Shown: positions 6,623 through 16,199 of the stretch, piece by piece
Layout: each line of letters opens with the position of its first letter
Numbering within the stretch: position 1 is the stretch's first letter
Source: Klebsiella phage KPP2018
Sequence record: NC_110934.1
Strand: one strand, 5' to 3'
DNA length: 64,000 nt
Made by a program: the position numbers and the translations under genes
Notes under the pieces: model-generated
Told to the model about the DNA's origin: nothing
What the model saw: only the letters and a program-made list of their open reading frames with translations
Databases searched by the model: none

Positions 6623-7378
6623 TCAAGAAGATTTTGCTAACGTTTTTGGATTCTTCCTGGCTTTGAGATATATCCCTTTAGATGCTAGGTAAATATATGT
6701 TGCTAGGAATGAAGATTCTGATCCCGATTCCTCATAGGTTAACGTACCTCTAGGGTATTTATTTGTTTTAGGAGCATAGTTAAGCACAGCCGCAGTTAAT
6801 GATCCTAATCCTAGAACATCCGCAAGACGTCTAAAGGTATTCTCTTCATCATGAATAGCATAAAGAATGTTATCTTCAATATCCGTTAATGGAATCTTAC
6901 GGATATGAGATACTGCAATCCGTGCTATCATAGCTCCAATTGTTTTATTAATATCCTCGAAAGAAACACTCTCCATATATTTTAGAGGGGGAAGATGGTC
7001 ATATTTACATTTCTTAGGCGGAATAAGAAGTTGTTCAGGGTAAGCCTCTAGTGCCTGACGAACGTTTGCTTCTGGATATGTTGGCAAAGGTTCATCTATA
7101 ATAACATGTAAAAAGTTAGCTCTATGCCCTTTAGCAGTTGGATCTAAAGACTTGAGTACTTTATTCATATCCACATATGAATATGCTAGGTCTGCTTGAG
7201 GAGCATTAATATCAAACTTAATCTTCTTGCCCTCCCATTTAGCAGGGAACATCTCACAAACAAACATTACTGCATGTTTGACGTCTGGCTCTAGCTCTGA
7301 TAGACATTTGTGATCTGCTGTTACTGCTAAAGCGAGTATATTCTTAAATTTATTAGCTTCTTCAATCATATATCCCAT
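6623..7378 (-). CDS. hypothetical early protein (251 aa)
   Basis: ORF track; first of a long minus-strand early gene block. Confidence 0.6.
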   Translation of the reverse strand: MGYMIEEANKFKNILALAVTADHKCLSELEPDVKHAVMFVCEMFPAKWEGKKIKFDINAPQADLAYSYVDMNKVLKSLDPTAKGHRANFLHVIIDEPLPTYPEANVRQALEAYPEQLLIPPKKCKYDHLPPLKYMESVSFEDINKTIGAMIARIAVSHIRKIPLTDIEDNILYAIHDEENTFRRLADVLGLGSLTAAVLNYAPKTNKYPRGTLTYEESGSESSFLATYIYLASKGIYLKARKNPKTLAKSS

Positions 7379-7707
7379 GCCTGCTGACTAGTATCACTAA
7401 CTTGTGTCTTTTTCTCTCTTCGTGGTTTAAAAGTTCCTGTAGTATTACTTTTACTAGGTTCTAATTTATACCACAGCATTCCTAGCTGGTTAACCATATG
7501 AGCAACATTTCTAGGGGTCAATGGAGGTAGGGATTCACAGTTTGATATCTCTATTAATATATTAAATAATTCTGTCTCTTTAGCCTTACTGTTTACTACC
7601 ACCACGTATTCTAATGTCTCTACCTCAGAATCCTCGTCTTTATAGTAAAGGCTAAGAGTAATTAAATTTTCCCCAGCAGGAGTTATTTTTGTTTTACCAA
7701 ATATCAT
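7366..7707 (-). CDS. hypothetical protein (113 aa)
   Basis: ORF track; overlaps neighbours by a few nt. Confidence 0.55.
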   Translation of the reverse strand: MIFGKTKITPAGENLITLSLYYKDEDSEVETLEYVVVVNSKAKETELFNILIEISNCESLPPLTPRNVAHMVNQLGMLWYKLEPSKSNTTGTFKPRREKKTQVSDTSQQAWDI

Positions 7708-8321
7708 TAATTACCTCTCTTATCTTCATTAAGCGCAGCTCCCAACGCCTCCATAATAGCATCTTCTAAACTTCCATGTTTACTAGGATCATTAAAATGA
7801 ATAGCATAAACAGAACTCCTAGAAACTCCAGCATCCGCAGGTGCTACGCTTCGCATATCAGATTCAAAAGCTTCTTGAGTATGCTTTAACTGTACAGAAG
7901 GGCCGTAATCTTCACCAAACTTGTATGACTGCGTACTACTTATCACACCCCCACAAGGAACATTGTGCATATCCGACATTAATCTTTTATCGGAGTTATT
8001 CAGCATTGCGATTGGCCCTGACTGCCACGGATCTCGAATAGTTACTGGAGTACTGGGGCGGTTCACTTCAGCCTTCACAAGTTTGTACCCTGCATCGATT
8101 AATGCGTTAATTAGATTATCAGCTGGGATGCGAGCCTTGCCAAAAATCTTACGAGCATCTTCGAGCTTATCCTCAAGATCTTTACATGCTCTAAGGTCAG
8201 TGTGTGCAAATGTTAGCTTCATAGATTTAAATTGTACAGTAGCAGTTAAATCTTTAAAGCTATAATCCCATGTGTTCAGTTCATGATCCGGTACTACTTG
8301 AATAGGTTGTTGTGCAAACAT
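7707..8321 (-). CDS. hypothetical protein (204 aa)
   Basis: ORF track. Confidence 0.6.
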   Translation of the reverse strand: MFAQQPIQVVPDHELNTWDYSFKDLTATVQFKSMKLTFAHTDLRACKDLEDKLEDARKIFGKARIPADNLINALIDAGYKLVKAEVNRPSTPVTIRDPWQSGPIAMLNNSDKRLMSDMHNVPCGGVISSTQSYKFGEDYGPSVQLKHTQEAFESDMRSVAPADAGVSRSSVYAIHFNDPSKHGSLEDAIMEALGAALNEDKRGN

Positions 8322-8506
8322 TATATATTCTCCAGTTTGTCTAACAGTTTATGAGCTGCGATGTTATATTGAAAGAGTTCATTATTGAGAATTTCATTCT
8401 CACAGGTTAACTCTAGATTCTTAGTATTGAGGCGACTGCAAATCAGTATCAGTCCCAGGATTATTAGGAGTGAGCCTCCTAGTAATACAAGAAGTAATGT
8501 TTCCAT
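8321..8506 (-). CDS. small membrane protein (61 aa)
   Basis: ORF track; single hydrophobic helix. Confidence 0.5.
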   Translation of the reverse strand: METLLLVLLGGSLLIILGLILICSRLNTKNLELTCENEILNNELFQYNIAAHKLLDKLENI

Positions 8507-8739
8507 TATTTAATTCCCATGTAACGTTTGAGATATCCGATGAAGTCTTCCGCTGTATGCTCTACGCTACCTTGAGCTACGAATAGCTTGAGAGCTTCAC
8601 GTTGTAGTTTGAGAGCAGCTAACTCACCCCGTAATTTTATCAGATCTTCTGCTAGTTCTCTAGCTCTACGCATAATAACAAAAGATACAAGTACTACGAT
8701 GAATAACATAACTACTAAAATAATTGCTATGATTTCCAT
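8506..8739 (-). CDS. membrane protein (77 aa) with C-terminal coiled coil
   Basis: ORF track; N-terminal TM helix IIAIILVVMLFIVVLVSFVIM. Confidence 0.5.
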   Translation of the reverse strand: MEIIAIILVVMLFIVVLVSFVIMRRARELAEDLIKLRGELAALKLQREALKLFVAQGSVEHTAEDFIGYLKRYMGIK

Positions 8740-9017
8740 ATTAACATCCAGCTTTTATCACACATTTGGGCATGGTCTATCAGTTCATTCATTGATGTAT
8801 TGTTATCATAAATGCACTCTAGTATATACCTTCTATCAAATTCGTCAACCAAATATTCTACGTTATTTATTACTACTTTATACAGATCTGGGACTAGAGA
8901 GCATGTATTTGGTACGGGGCGACTGCTTAAGTCTATTTCGTTTTTACCCCATTCTGTTTTAAATAGTTTGTTACTAAGTGCTGCTAATGGGTTTGACCAC
9001 ACAATATAGCTACTCAC
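8727..9017 (-). CDS. hypothetical protein (96 aa)
   Basis: ORF track. Confidence 0.5.
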   Translation of the reverse strand: MSSYIVWSNPLAALSNKLFKTEWGKNEIDLSSRPVPNTCSLVPDLYKVVINNVEYLVDEFDRRYILECIYDNNTSMNELIDHAQMCDKSWMLIWKS

Positions 9018-9453
9018 TATTTATCTCCCTTCTTAACTTTGAAAACTTATTATACCAAACTATATGATTATCGTCAATTACAAATTTATGATAACATGCT
9101 GGCACGGTATAAGTTCCATAATCCGTGACACGCTGCACAACCTTGTGTGCACACAGTCGACAACCATGCCCTTCTAAATGAGATCTAGCAGTTTGCCAGT
9201 AATACCCTTCATGATCTGGGCAATAGATCTCGACTTGCTGTTGCATTGTTTTATAATTTACACGCTCATACCCAAAGAAAGCTCCATGAACTGCAACAGC
9301 TTTCTTGATAAATATAAGGTTTAGTGCTTCTTGCTGAAAGTCGGGATGTAGCTGCTTAATCTTAGTTCTATTAATAGATCCATCCGATTTGATAAACCTA
9401 TTTATTGGGAAGTTGTTAGCTTCCTCGATTAGTAATTCATTTACTTTTTCTCT
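9010..9453 (-). CDS. Cys/His-rich putative zinc-binding protein (possible HNH-like nuclease; ..YCPDHEGYYWQTARSHLEGHGCRLCAH..)
   Basis: ORF track 9010-9558; shortened to Met36 to avoid 100-nt overlap with next gene. Confidence 0.4.
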   Translation of the reverse strand, partial: REKVNELLIEEANNFPINRFIKSDGSINRTKIKQLHPDFQQEALNLIFIKKAVAVHGAFFGYERVNYKTMQQQVEIYCPDHEGYYWQTARSHLEGHGCRLCAHKVVQRVTDYGTYTVPACYHKFVIDDNHIVWYNKFSKLRREINSE

Positions 9454-9457
9454 CATA

Positions 9458-9682
9458 TTAGATATTCTCACACCTAAGGTAGAAACATTCGTAAGCATCA
9501 CCAGTAAACTCTTTACCTTGTAGTATACATTTAGCCTGGTCTTCTGGTACTCCGGCATCTAATAATTGTTGTTTACTTGGCTTTTCAGCGAATACCTTTA
9601 CAAAATATTCACCATCCTGATTATACTCATTTATATCTCTAGTAAGGACATATACTTGCATTTGAAATTCCTTGAAACACAA
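9458..9682 (-). CDS. hypothetical protein (74 aa)
   Basis: ORF track. Confidence 0.45.
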   Translation of the reverse strand: MCFKEFQMQVYVLTRDINEYNQDGEYFVKVFAEKPSKQQLLDAGVPEDQAKCILQGKEFTGDAYECFYLRCENI

Positions 9683-9715
9683 AAGGCCAGAACAATTAAG
9701 TCCTGGCCTCTAGAA

Positions 9716-10153
9716 TTAATGAAGTTGTTTACCACTTCTTAACATAGTGGCCGTTTCCATAAGATTTAACGTTGTATCACGCTTTTTGATTTGTTTGTCG
9801 AGTTCATCGGTGCGTTTGCCAATGTAAGCGTTAATAGCCATATTCATAGCTGAGGCGAGATCTTCTTTGGTTATCTCTTCATCATCTAAGGCTAATTTAG
9901 CCAAAGAATCGAACGCAATAGAAAGTCCTATAAGATCTGAGGTTTCACTAGCTAAGATGGGATCAATATTATCTATTGTTACTTCTAACATAGAGTTAAC
10001 AATATCTTCTCCGTCTACTAGACCAGATTCAATATTACTCTCCCATTCCTTCATCTGCTCCAGCAATGGATTTTTCTTTTCTGTCATGGTAGAGATTTCC
10101 TGTGTCAGTTGGTAAGAAGGACGATTGAGCTTTAGGTGGATGTTGTTTAGCAA
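9716..10153 (-). CDS. hypothetical acidic protein (145 aa; true start probably internal Met)
   Basis: ORF track; overlaps next ORF. Confidence 0.5.
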   Translation of the reverse strand: MLNNIHLKLNRPSYQLTQEISTMTEKKNPLLEQMKEWESNIESGLVDGEDIVNSMLEVTIDNIDPILASETSDLIGLSIAFDSLAKLALDDEEITKEDLASAMNMAINAYIGKRTDELDKQIKKRDTTLNLMETATMLRSGKQLH

Positions 10154-10496
10154 TCCAGTTAAGAATCAGCACACGACTAGGAACAATATCAGTGTTGTAC
10201 CAGAAATCGTGAACCCATTGACGAGCATCCTCAAACTTACCAAATTTATATGCTTTCTTAAACAATTTAAACCCAAAACAATCTGGTGTAAAGTCTACTT
10301 CACGATACTGAACTACTTTAGAACCGGTTAGGTCTTGGATTGCTGCATTAATTTCTGTATGAGAGAATTTTGTTTCGTGAAACTTATTAAAGAATCGGTA
10401 GTTGAAGCGTCCGTTCGTTTCGACAAACAACTGGATAAAGAGATCGTTAAATTGATTATCAAACCAGTAATTCTGTAGTTGTTGTAGTGCTGTCAT
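10035..10496 (-). CDS. hypothetical protein (153 aa)
   Basis: ORF track. Confidence 0.55.
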   Translation of the reverse strand: MTALQQLQNYWFDNQFNDLFIQLFVETNGRFNYRFFNKFHETKFSHTEINAAIQDLTGSKVVQYREVDFTPDCFGFKLFKKAYKFGKFEDARQWVHDFWYNTDIVPSRVLILNWIAKQHPPKAQSSFLPTDTGNLYHDRKEKSIAGADEGMGE

Positions 10497-10693
10497 TTAC
10501 GAACTCCGTTAATTGCCACGATGATGCCTTCGTACATAAAAGGAAGTAGTTCAGAAGTGTAGAAGATATTTTCCGTTATTCCTAGATGTCGAAAAAGTAT
10601 ATTAAATAATGCTGTTAGAAATACAATCTGAGGCAGTAATACAAAATACTCAGTTACAATCTTTGGTGCCTGATAAACAAGACGTTTTATCAT
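10493..10693 (-). CDS. small membrane protein (66 aa)
   Basis: ORF track; hydrophobic. Confidence 0.45.
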   Translation of the reverse strand: MIKRLVYQAPKIVTEYFVLLPQIVFLTALFNILFRHLGITENIFYTSELLPFMYEGIIVAINGVRK

Positions 10694-10792
10694 TGTTTTT
10701 AAGTCTCCTTATTACTTTGGCCTGCTCCACAATAATAAAAACTGCAAGCACTAATAGTGCTATTAGCCCCGCAGTAATTGGTACTAAATCAA

Positions 10793-11119
10793 TCATGGGA
10801 GACGCCATACGTAATTAGCTGTCTGTAGGATCTTAGGTGTGTCATTATGATACATTACTACAGACTTTGGTGAATAACTATCAGCTAGTTCTTTACGAAT
10901 CATCTTACATTCTTCACCAGTATCGATATTTTTAACTATCACTTTCATATTAAGAGGTGTTAATACAGAAAGTGGTTTCCAAGAGTCCTCAATTTCAATT
11001 CCTACCTTTTTCTCGATTAACATGAGAACTTCTAGTGTATCATCTGGAATACTAATATTATTATTCACAAACTGTAATATCTCATGTAAGGTATTTAATT
11101 CATTAAAATTAAGCTTCAT
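10793..11119 (-). CDS. hypothetical protein (108 aa)
   Basis: ORF track. Confidence 0.55.
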   Translation of the reverse strand: MKLNFNELNTLHEILQFVNNNISIPDDTLEVLMLIEKKVGIEIEDSWKPLSVLTPLNMKVIVKNIDTGEECKMIRKELADSYSPKSVVMYHNDTPKILQTANYVWRLP

Positions 11120-11354
11120 CTTTAAGAATATCCTCTACCATATCACAAGACTGTTGCAATTCATCAGCAATACGTTTAATATCGGTTTTTGTTACTTTAC
11201 CAACTAACATCACCAGTAACATAGAAAAGATAATAAGTGGAACTGGAATAACAAATAAAGCTACTTTAGCTACATTCTTTGGTGCCCATGTGTGGTATTT
11301 AGTAACCAGTACACCAACCACAATTAGATAAAACGCTAGAATAAACATCATCAT
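11109..11354 (-). CDS. membrane protein (81 aa, two TM helices)
   Basis: ORF track. Confidence 0.5.
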   Translation of the reverse strand: MMMFILAFYLIVVGVLVTKYHTWAPKNVAKVALFVIPVPLIIFSMLLVMLVGKVTKTDIKRIADELQQSCDMVEDILKDEA

Positions 11355-11632
11355 TTTTTAATCTCCGTAATTATCTGTGCGCGCATTACTTTATTAGGTA
11401 ATTTTGTATTCCCAGCTATTGCTTCAATATTGTTTAGTTTTTCTTTTAGAATATCTGAGCGTCTTTGTGCTAGTTCAATATCTTGTTCTTGTTCTATTAA
11501 GCGGCAGTGAAGTCCACTATTAGTAGTAAGCATACTCTCCATATTTTTTCGCATGCTTACAATACCAATAATCCCACCAATCGCTGCTAGTGTCATAAGA
11601 ACTAGTAGTCCAATGAGAATTTCAGTTAACAT
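11351..11632 (-). CDS. membrane protein (93 aa) with coiled coil
   Basis: ORF track; N-terminal TM. Confidence 0.5.
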   Translation of the reverse strand: MLTEILIGLLVLMTLAAIGGIIGIVSMRKNMESMLTTNSGLHCRLIEQEQDIELAQRRSDILKEKLNNIEAIAGNTKLPNKVMRAQIITEIKK

Positions 11633-11792
11633 TAAATACTCCTACATTTTTCGTTATCTGGGACTAATTTACACATTTCTACTTTCAGTTCTTTTGCTGA
11701 GTTTTCTAGTTTAGAAACTTTATTGTGAATAAGTCCCAAAAATATCGCTTGGAAAACTACCATTATTGCTACTAATGCTAGTTTATTCTCCA

Positions 11793-12062
11793 TTATTTCT
11801 TACCTTTCAGTTGCTTAACTTCACGCTCAAAAGATGCTGCACGACGTTCAGCAGTTGCCTGGTGCTCTTTCGCAAAACGAGCTTCCTGTTTTGCGAGGTT
11901 GAATGCCATAGCATTCTTATTCAGAGAATCATACATCTTTTTCATTGCCGGAATAGACATCTTCATGAGCTGACCCTCAAAACCCTGCATGTCGAGGAGA
12001 ATTGCCAGAACGTTAGCCATTTCGTTTTTAGTCATGTTTTCCATTAGAATTTCCTCTCTCAT
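11793..12062 (-). CDS. hypothetical protein (89 aa)
   Basis: ORF track; conserved promoter/leader directly upstream (12063-12120). Confidence 0.55.
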   Translation of the reverse strand: MREEILMENMTKNEMANVLAILLDMQGFEGQLMKMSIPAMKKMYDSLNKNAMAFNLAKQEARFAKEHQATAERRAASFEREVKQLKGKK

Positions 12063-12122
12063 TAATTTATGAACTTATTATACAGAATTTTAAGGCTTAA
12101 AGCAACTGAATTTTTTAATTAC

Positions 12123-12554
12123 TTACCAATCGTTAACAACGCCGGAGAACTCAGAAGCAAAAACTTTTTCAAATTTCTCTGCAATTTCAGGATGATCTTT
12201 GCAGATCAGCTCAATACAGGCTTCTGGAGTCATTCCTTCATCTTCAGGATCACCATAGTATTTATCCCAAAGATCATCAGGAATGATATGCTCCGCCAAA
12301 TCTTGGAAAGAGATTAACTGATAACGTTCTGCCTCCTCAGCGATAAGAATTTCGCACAGATCTTTATCTATATCGCTACGATAATCAGCAATTAATAGGG
12401 CATTGCAAGCATGACATTCCCAGACCATCAAACGTTCAGAGATAGGATTAGACTTATCTTGAACGTAAGACTGGAACAAGGTTCGGAAAGTTGCCTTAAC
12501 TTGTTCAAACTTATCTGCTGCTGCGAAAACTAGAGCTTTATCAACTTTGTTCAT
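12123..12554 (-). CDS. hypothetical acidic protein (143 aa)
   Basis: ORF track; conserved promoter/leader at 12565-12625. Confidence 0.55.
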   Translation of the reverse strand: MNKVDKALVFAAADKFEQVKATFRTLFQSYVQDKSNPISERLMVWECHACNALLIADYRSDIDKDLCEILIAEEAERYQLISFQDLAEHIIPDDLWDKYYGDPEDEGMTPEACIELICKDHPEIAEKFEKVFASEFSGVVNDW

Positions 12555-12721
12555 TTTGATTCCTTCTCATCAATTTATAAAGTAATTATATAGAAACTTA
12601 AGCATTTTAGCAAATAAAACTTTTAATTAAAATGCCTAATCCTATGCCAATAGCAATACAAATGATTATAAGTATTGCTATCGCTTGTATGATTCGTTTA
12701 ATAATAGCCTCAGCTATATAT

Positions 12722-13243
12722 TCAGACATTTAACATCCAGCTAGTTTTATCATGTGAGGTATACTTACCACTCATGATGTCTTCCAGACGTACTGGTGAT
12801 TTTGCATACTCGACACAAACGTTAATATAACGGGGATCCCCCATTAGCTCAAAGTGAGTATGCCCATGTAAGTTCTTCTTACCTCTCAGCTCCCCATGGT
12901 GTATTGGAGCATGGGAAAGCCAGAAGTTTTTATACTTAACTAGTGATTGTACATTATCTACAATCCCTATTAAGTCTTTGAAAGATAATCCTTCTCGTTC
13001 TAAGTCGTGGTTTCCCAAAACTAACGTAGTTCTAACATTGCCAAAGAGTTTTTCGAACTTCTCCAAACCATTTCTAGATACAAATGCGTCTCCTAAAATA
13101 TAGAATACTGTACGCTTATCTTTCACGGATGTAATAGTATCCATAATAAATTCGTCATGCTCTTCCATAGTAGAGAAGATTGGTCTGAATTTAGTAATAT
13201 TTGCATGCCCCAAGTGGAGGTCACTCCAAAAGCGAACTTTCAT
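12722..13243 (-). CDS. calcineurin-like metallophosphoesterase (173 aa)
   Basis: Motifs DLHLGH, GDAFVSRNG, GNHD, GHTH. Confidence 0.75.
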   Translation of the reverse strand: MKVRFWSDLHLGHANITKFRPIFSTMEEHDEFIMDTITSVKDKRTVFYILGDAFVSRNGLEKFEKLFGNVRTTLVLGNHDLEREGLSFKDLIGIVDNVQSLVKYKNFWLSHAPIHHGELRGKKNLHGHTHFELMGDPRYINVCVEYAKSPVRLEDIMSGKYTSHDKTSWMLNV

Positions 13244-14118
13244 TAAAGAACCCTCTGTACACCACAGCTATCTTCCCGGAGTGTAGTAAATGTGGTGATT
13301 TTACCCGTTTCATCGTTAACTTGCGCAACCGTCAACTGCCCGTTGAAAACACCGCCAGTATCAAGATAAACACGGTTTTTATAAAGAAGTGGGTAAGGAA
13401 CCCCAGTATGTCCGTGAAACACGAAATCTACACCTTTAACTTCTGGCACTTCTACCATGTATTTTTCTTTAAATCCTGCATAACGCTGGAAGTACGGGTG
13501 TTCCTCACCATTTTTGGACAAGTAGAAGCCTATTTCTTGGACTACATCTCGATCCCATAAATATGGTTCAATATGGTATCCAGGATGGTCATGTGGGTCT
13601 TCCTTAGCTGCTTCTACTTGTGCAATAAGATTATCCCATACTGGGGTTTCTACTTCATTACCACATTCTTTGTACGTAAAAGGTACGCCACCGTGAACAA
13701 CACCATACTTCTTACCACGATGTCTAACAGTTAAGAATACTGGCATTTTTTCAGCCATATCTTCGGCAATATTTTTAATGGTGTCTGCATCCAGCTCATC
13801 CATGGCCCACATACCACCGTTATACATCCAATTAGCCCAATCTCCTGCAATCATAAATTGGTCATGATTACCACGGACACTGATAAAATGTGGATTATAC
13901 AGGAATTTGGCTAAAACTTGTAGGTTTTGTGTGCCTCGGTCAATTAAGTCACCAACACATACTAAGCAATCTTTTTTGCCATTATACCTTGCTAATTTCA
14001 ACGCATCTTCTAGCAAATCATTGCATCCATGAATATCACCAACGAAAAATAAGTTGGCGTCATCAGGCACTACTAGAGTTTTATGTACATTAAATTCTTT
14101 TTTCATAATTATTCCCAA
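13243..14118 (-). CDS. Ser/Thr protein phosphatase (lambda-PPase-like, 291 aa)
   Basis: Motifs GDIHGC, GDLIDRG, GNHD; T5-like phages encode such phosphatases. Confidence 0.8.
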   Translation of the reverse strand: MGIIMKKEFNVHKTLVVPDDANLFFVGDIHGCNDLLEDALKLARYNGKKDCLVCVGDLIDRGTQNLQVLAKFLYNPHFISVRGNHDQFMIAGDWANWMYNGGMWAMDELDADTIKNIAEDMAEKMPVFLTVRHRGKKYGVVHGGVPFTYKECGNEVETPVWDNLIAQVEAAKEDPHDHPGYHIEPYLWDRDVVQEIGFYLSKNGEEHPYFQRYAGFKEKYMVEVPEVKGVDFVFHGHTGVPYPLLYKNRVYLDTGGVFNGQLTVAQVNDETGKITTFTTLREDSCGVQRVL

Positions 14119-14354
14119 ATAACAGTTAAAATAGTTGTGCCATAATCATTAGATAGTTGGAGAGTATAACCCTCTTTATAGAGGGCTTTTATAGCTTCAT
14201 AACTAATTTCATCACGATTAAACTGTACAAAAGAACCTCCAATCTCCACGGAAGAAACTATTCTCTTTTTAACGTATTTATATGGTTTCTTTCTACTCTT
14301 AAGGAGTGTAGCTCTATTTATTCTAGCTAAACGTTTTGCTTGTTCCGCTAACAT
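14109..14354 (-). CDS. hypothetical protein (81 aa)
   Basis: ORF track. Confidence 0.5.
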   Translation of the reverse strand: MLAEQAKRLARINRATLLKSRKKPYKYVKKRIVSSVEIGGSFVQFNRDEISYEAIKALYKEGYTLQLSNDYGTTILTVIWE

Positions 14355-14358
14355 TTAA

Positions 14359-14736
14359 TTATCTCCAGTGATTAGTATGCTTCTCAGCTTCCTCATCGTT
14401 AGGCTCAAAGACAACATGGCAGTCAACTGCTTCCCAAAAAGCCTCACGGATTAAAGAGTTTTTAGCTGAAATGTCTAATTCTCCCCACTCTTCTAAAGTC
14501 TCTAGGTCTGTATCAACTTCGGTATCACAGCCAACCAACCCCAAAGAAACAACAATAGTAACGCGATCTTCACGTTGTTCGGGATAAACATCAGCATATT
14601 CCCAAGCAGCTTCTTCAACATAATATTGTTGTTCCTTTTCTGGAAGTGACTTATACTTTTCTTCTGTAATACCCATCTCAACGGCGCGAGTACCACATAC
14701 TACATTATTATTAATAATTAGATATGCATAGTTCAT
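14359..14736 (-). CDS. hypothetical acidic protein (125 aa, MNYAYLIINNN...)
   Basis: ORF track 14359-14793; start moved to Met20 after RBS AGGAG; a 26-aa hydrophobic leader ORF (14734-14814) sits between promoter and gene. Confidence 0.55.
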   Translation of the reverse strand: MNYAYLIINNNVVCGTRAVEMGITEEKYKSLPEKEQQYYVEEAAWEYADVYPEQREDRVTIVVSLGLVGCDTEVDTDLETLEEWGELDISAKNSLIREAFWEAVDCHVVFEPNDEEAEKHTNHWR

Positions 14737-14915
14737 CGTAATACTCCTATTTCTTGAAGGGCAAAGAAAGCCATTAATATGACTAAAATCCATACAAAGA
14801 TATGTGACATAATCATATTAATGTCTCTCATCAATTTATATAAGTATTATACCAAAATTTTTAGCAAAAAGCAAGTAAAATAAAAGCCTGATCAGCTAAG
14901 ATCAGGCTTTGTTTA

Positions 14916-15206
14916 TTAGTCCTCTGGATTATCATCCAGGAAATTTTTAATAGCTTCGTGCATAGTTTCTTTACGAAGCTGACGTCCAATCAGAATATGA
15001 TTAGCTTCTATTCGACCATTAGGTAAGCGATCCGCCAGAACTACTACAGGAACTTGGCGCACACCAAATTTCTGCATTAATTCTGTATTATCAGTCTCTT
15101 TATGGATTTCCAAATTATAGTCATTGACTACTTTATCAAATACTGGCTCAAACATTTTGCAAGGGTTGCAAGTAGAACCTTTCAATAGATATACTAATTT
15201 ACTCAT
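14916..15206 (-). CDS. thioredoxin/glutaredoxin-like protein (CxxC: CNPC)
   Basis: 96 aa, CNPC active-site motif near N-terminus, thioredoxin-fold spacing. Confidence 0.6.
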   Translation of the reverse strand: MSKLVYLLKGSTCNPCKMFEPVFDKVVNDYNLEIHKETDNTELMQKFGVRQVPVVVLADRLPNGRIEANHILIGRQLRKETMHEAIKNFLDDNPED

Positions 15207-15630
15207 AGTTATTAATGGCCTCTAAGAAGTTTCTCATAGTTTTTACGGTTGCAGTGCTTAGATCAAGATTTACACCCAAACACTCGGTTAATGCCTCCTG
15301 ATAAGGAGCCTTCAATCTGCCTTCTGGGACTTCTACCTTTTTATACTCTTTATTTTTGACCTTTTTAATCATAGTCTCTAGTACAAGAAGCGGTAATTTA
15401 GCACCTTCAATATCAGTACCCAAAAGTTCAGTTAAAATTTTATTAAGATCAAGACGAGTTAACTTTTTGCCCTTAGACATAGATGCACCTACCTTTGTAT
15501 CAATAGATTTTTCCGCTTTCTTTTCGAGCTTTTTGTACTCAGGAGAGTCATGATCACGGAGTGCAATGTTTAGCTCGTAATGTGGTATACGAAAATGTTC
15601 CGCCATTTGAGTATAGAAACGATCAGACAT
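15199..15630 (-). CDS. hypothetical protein (143 aa)
   Basis: ORF track. Confidence 0.55.
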   Translation of the reverse strand: MSDRFYTQMAEHFRIPHYELNIALRDHDSPEYKKLEKKAEKSIDTKVGASMSKGKKLTRLDLNKILTELLGTDIEGAKLPLLVLETMIKKVKNKEYKKVEVPEGRLKAPYQEALTECLGVNLDLSTATVKTMRNFLEAINNYE

Positions 15631-15705
15631 AATATATACCTCTCTTAACTAATTTATGTATATATTATATAATAACTAGGGCTAAAAGTCAACTACTTTT
15701 TTATC

Positions 15706-16122
15706 TTAATCTACTACATGTATAAATCTTTTCCTAACTAGATACATAGTTATTGGGTAAATTGAGTACATAAGTATCGGGGAGAAAAGGGTGAAATACG
15801 CTGTAACTCCCCCAGCTAACATCAAAGGTATTAATGCTAGAGTAAGGGCCATAAGAATCATACCGAATGAAACAGCCAAAGCTATGGATATAGGATTCTC
15901 TAGTTCCATCCATAACCAACAATATTTCGTATCTCTATGGCAATTGCATTTACAAACGCCGAATGAACCCATAATTATATACTCTAGTCCGTGAATAACC
16001 TTTATTAATAAGCTATTTCGGGTAGTTAATGCAAGGATAGTAAAGACTATCATTAAAACGAATACTACTAGACTTATTTTCCAGATACCTAGCAGCATCA
16101 TAGTGAATAGTTCTGCAAACAT
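15706..16122 (-). CDS. integral membrane protein (138 aa, CKCNCH motif)
   Basis: ORF track; 3-4 hydrophobic helices. Confidence 0.5.
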   Translation of the reverse strand: MFAELFTMMLLGIWKISLVVFVLMIVFTILALTTRNSLLIKVIHGLEYIIMGSFGVCKCNCHRDTKYCWLWMELENPISIALAVSFGMILMALTLALIPLMLAGGVTAYFTLFSPILMYSIYPITMYLVRKRFIHVVD

Positions 16123-16199
16123 GGCTTTCTCCTATCTTCAAAAATTATTAAAGCCCCCTTTGCCTAAAAAGGCGGGAATACTCCCGCCTCAGTTATTAA

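Noticed and set aside
13890-14093. Plus-strand ORFs 13890-14093, 13201-13560, 7841-8265, 8588-8962 and similar in the early block
   Set aside because: Antisense to longer, motif-bearing minus-strand genes (phosphatases etc.), with no promoter or RBS on plus. Treated as spurious.
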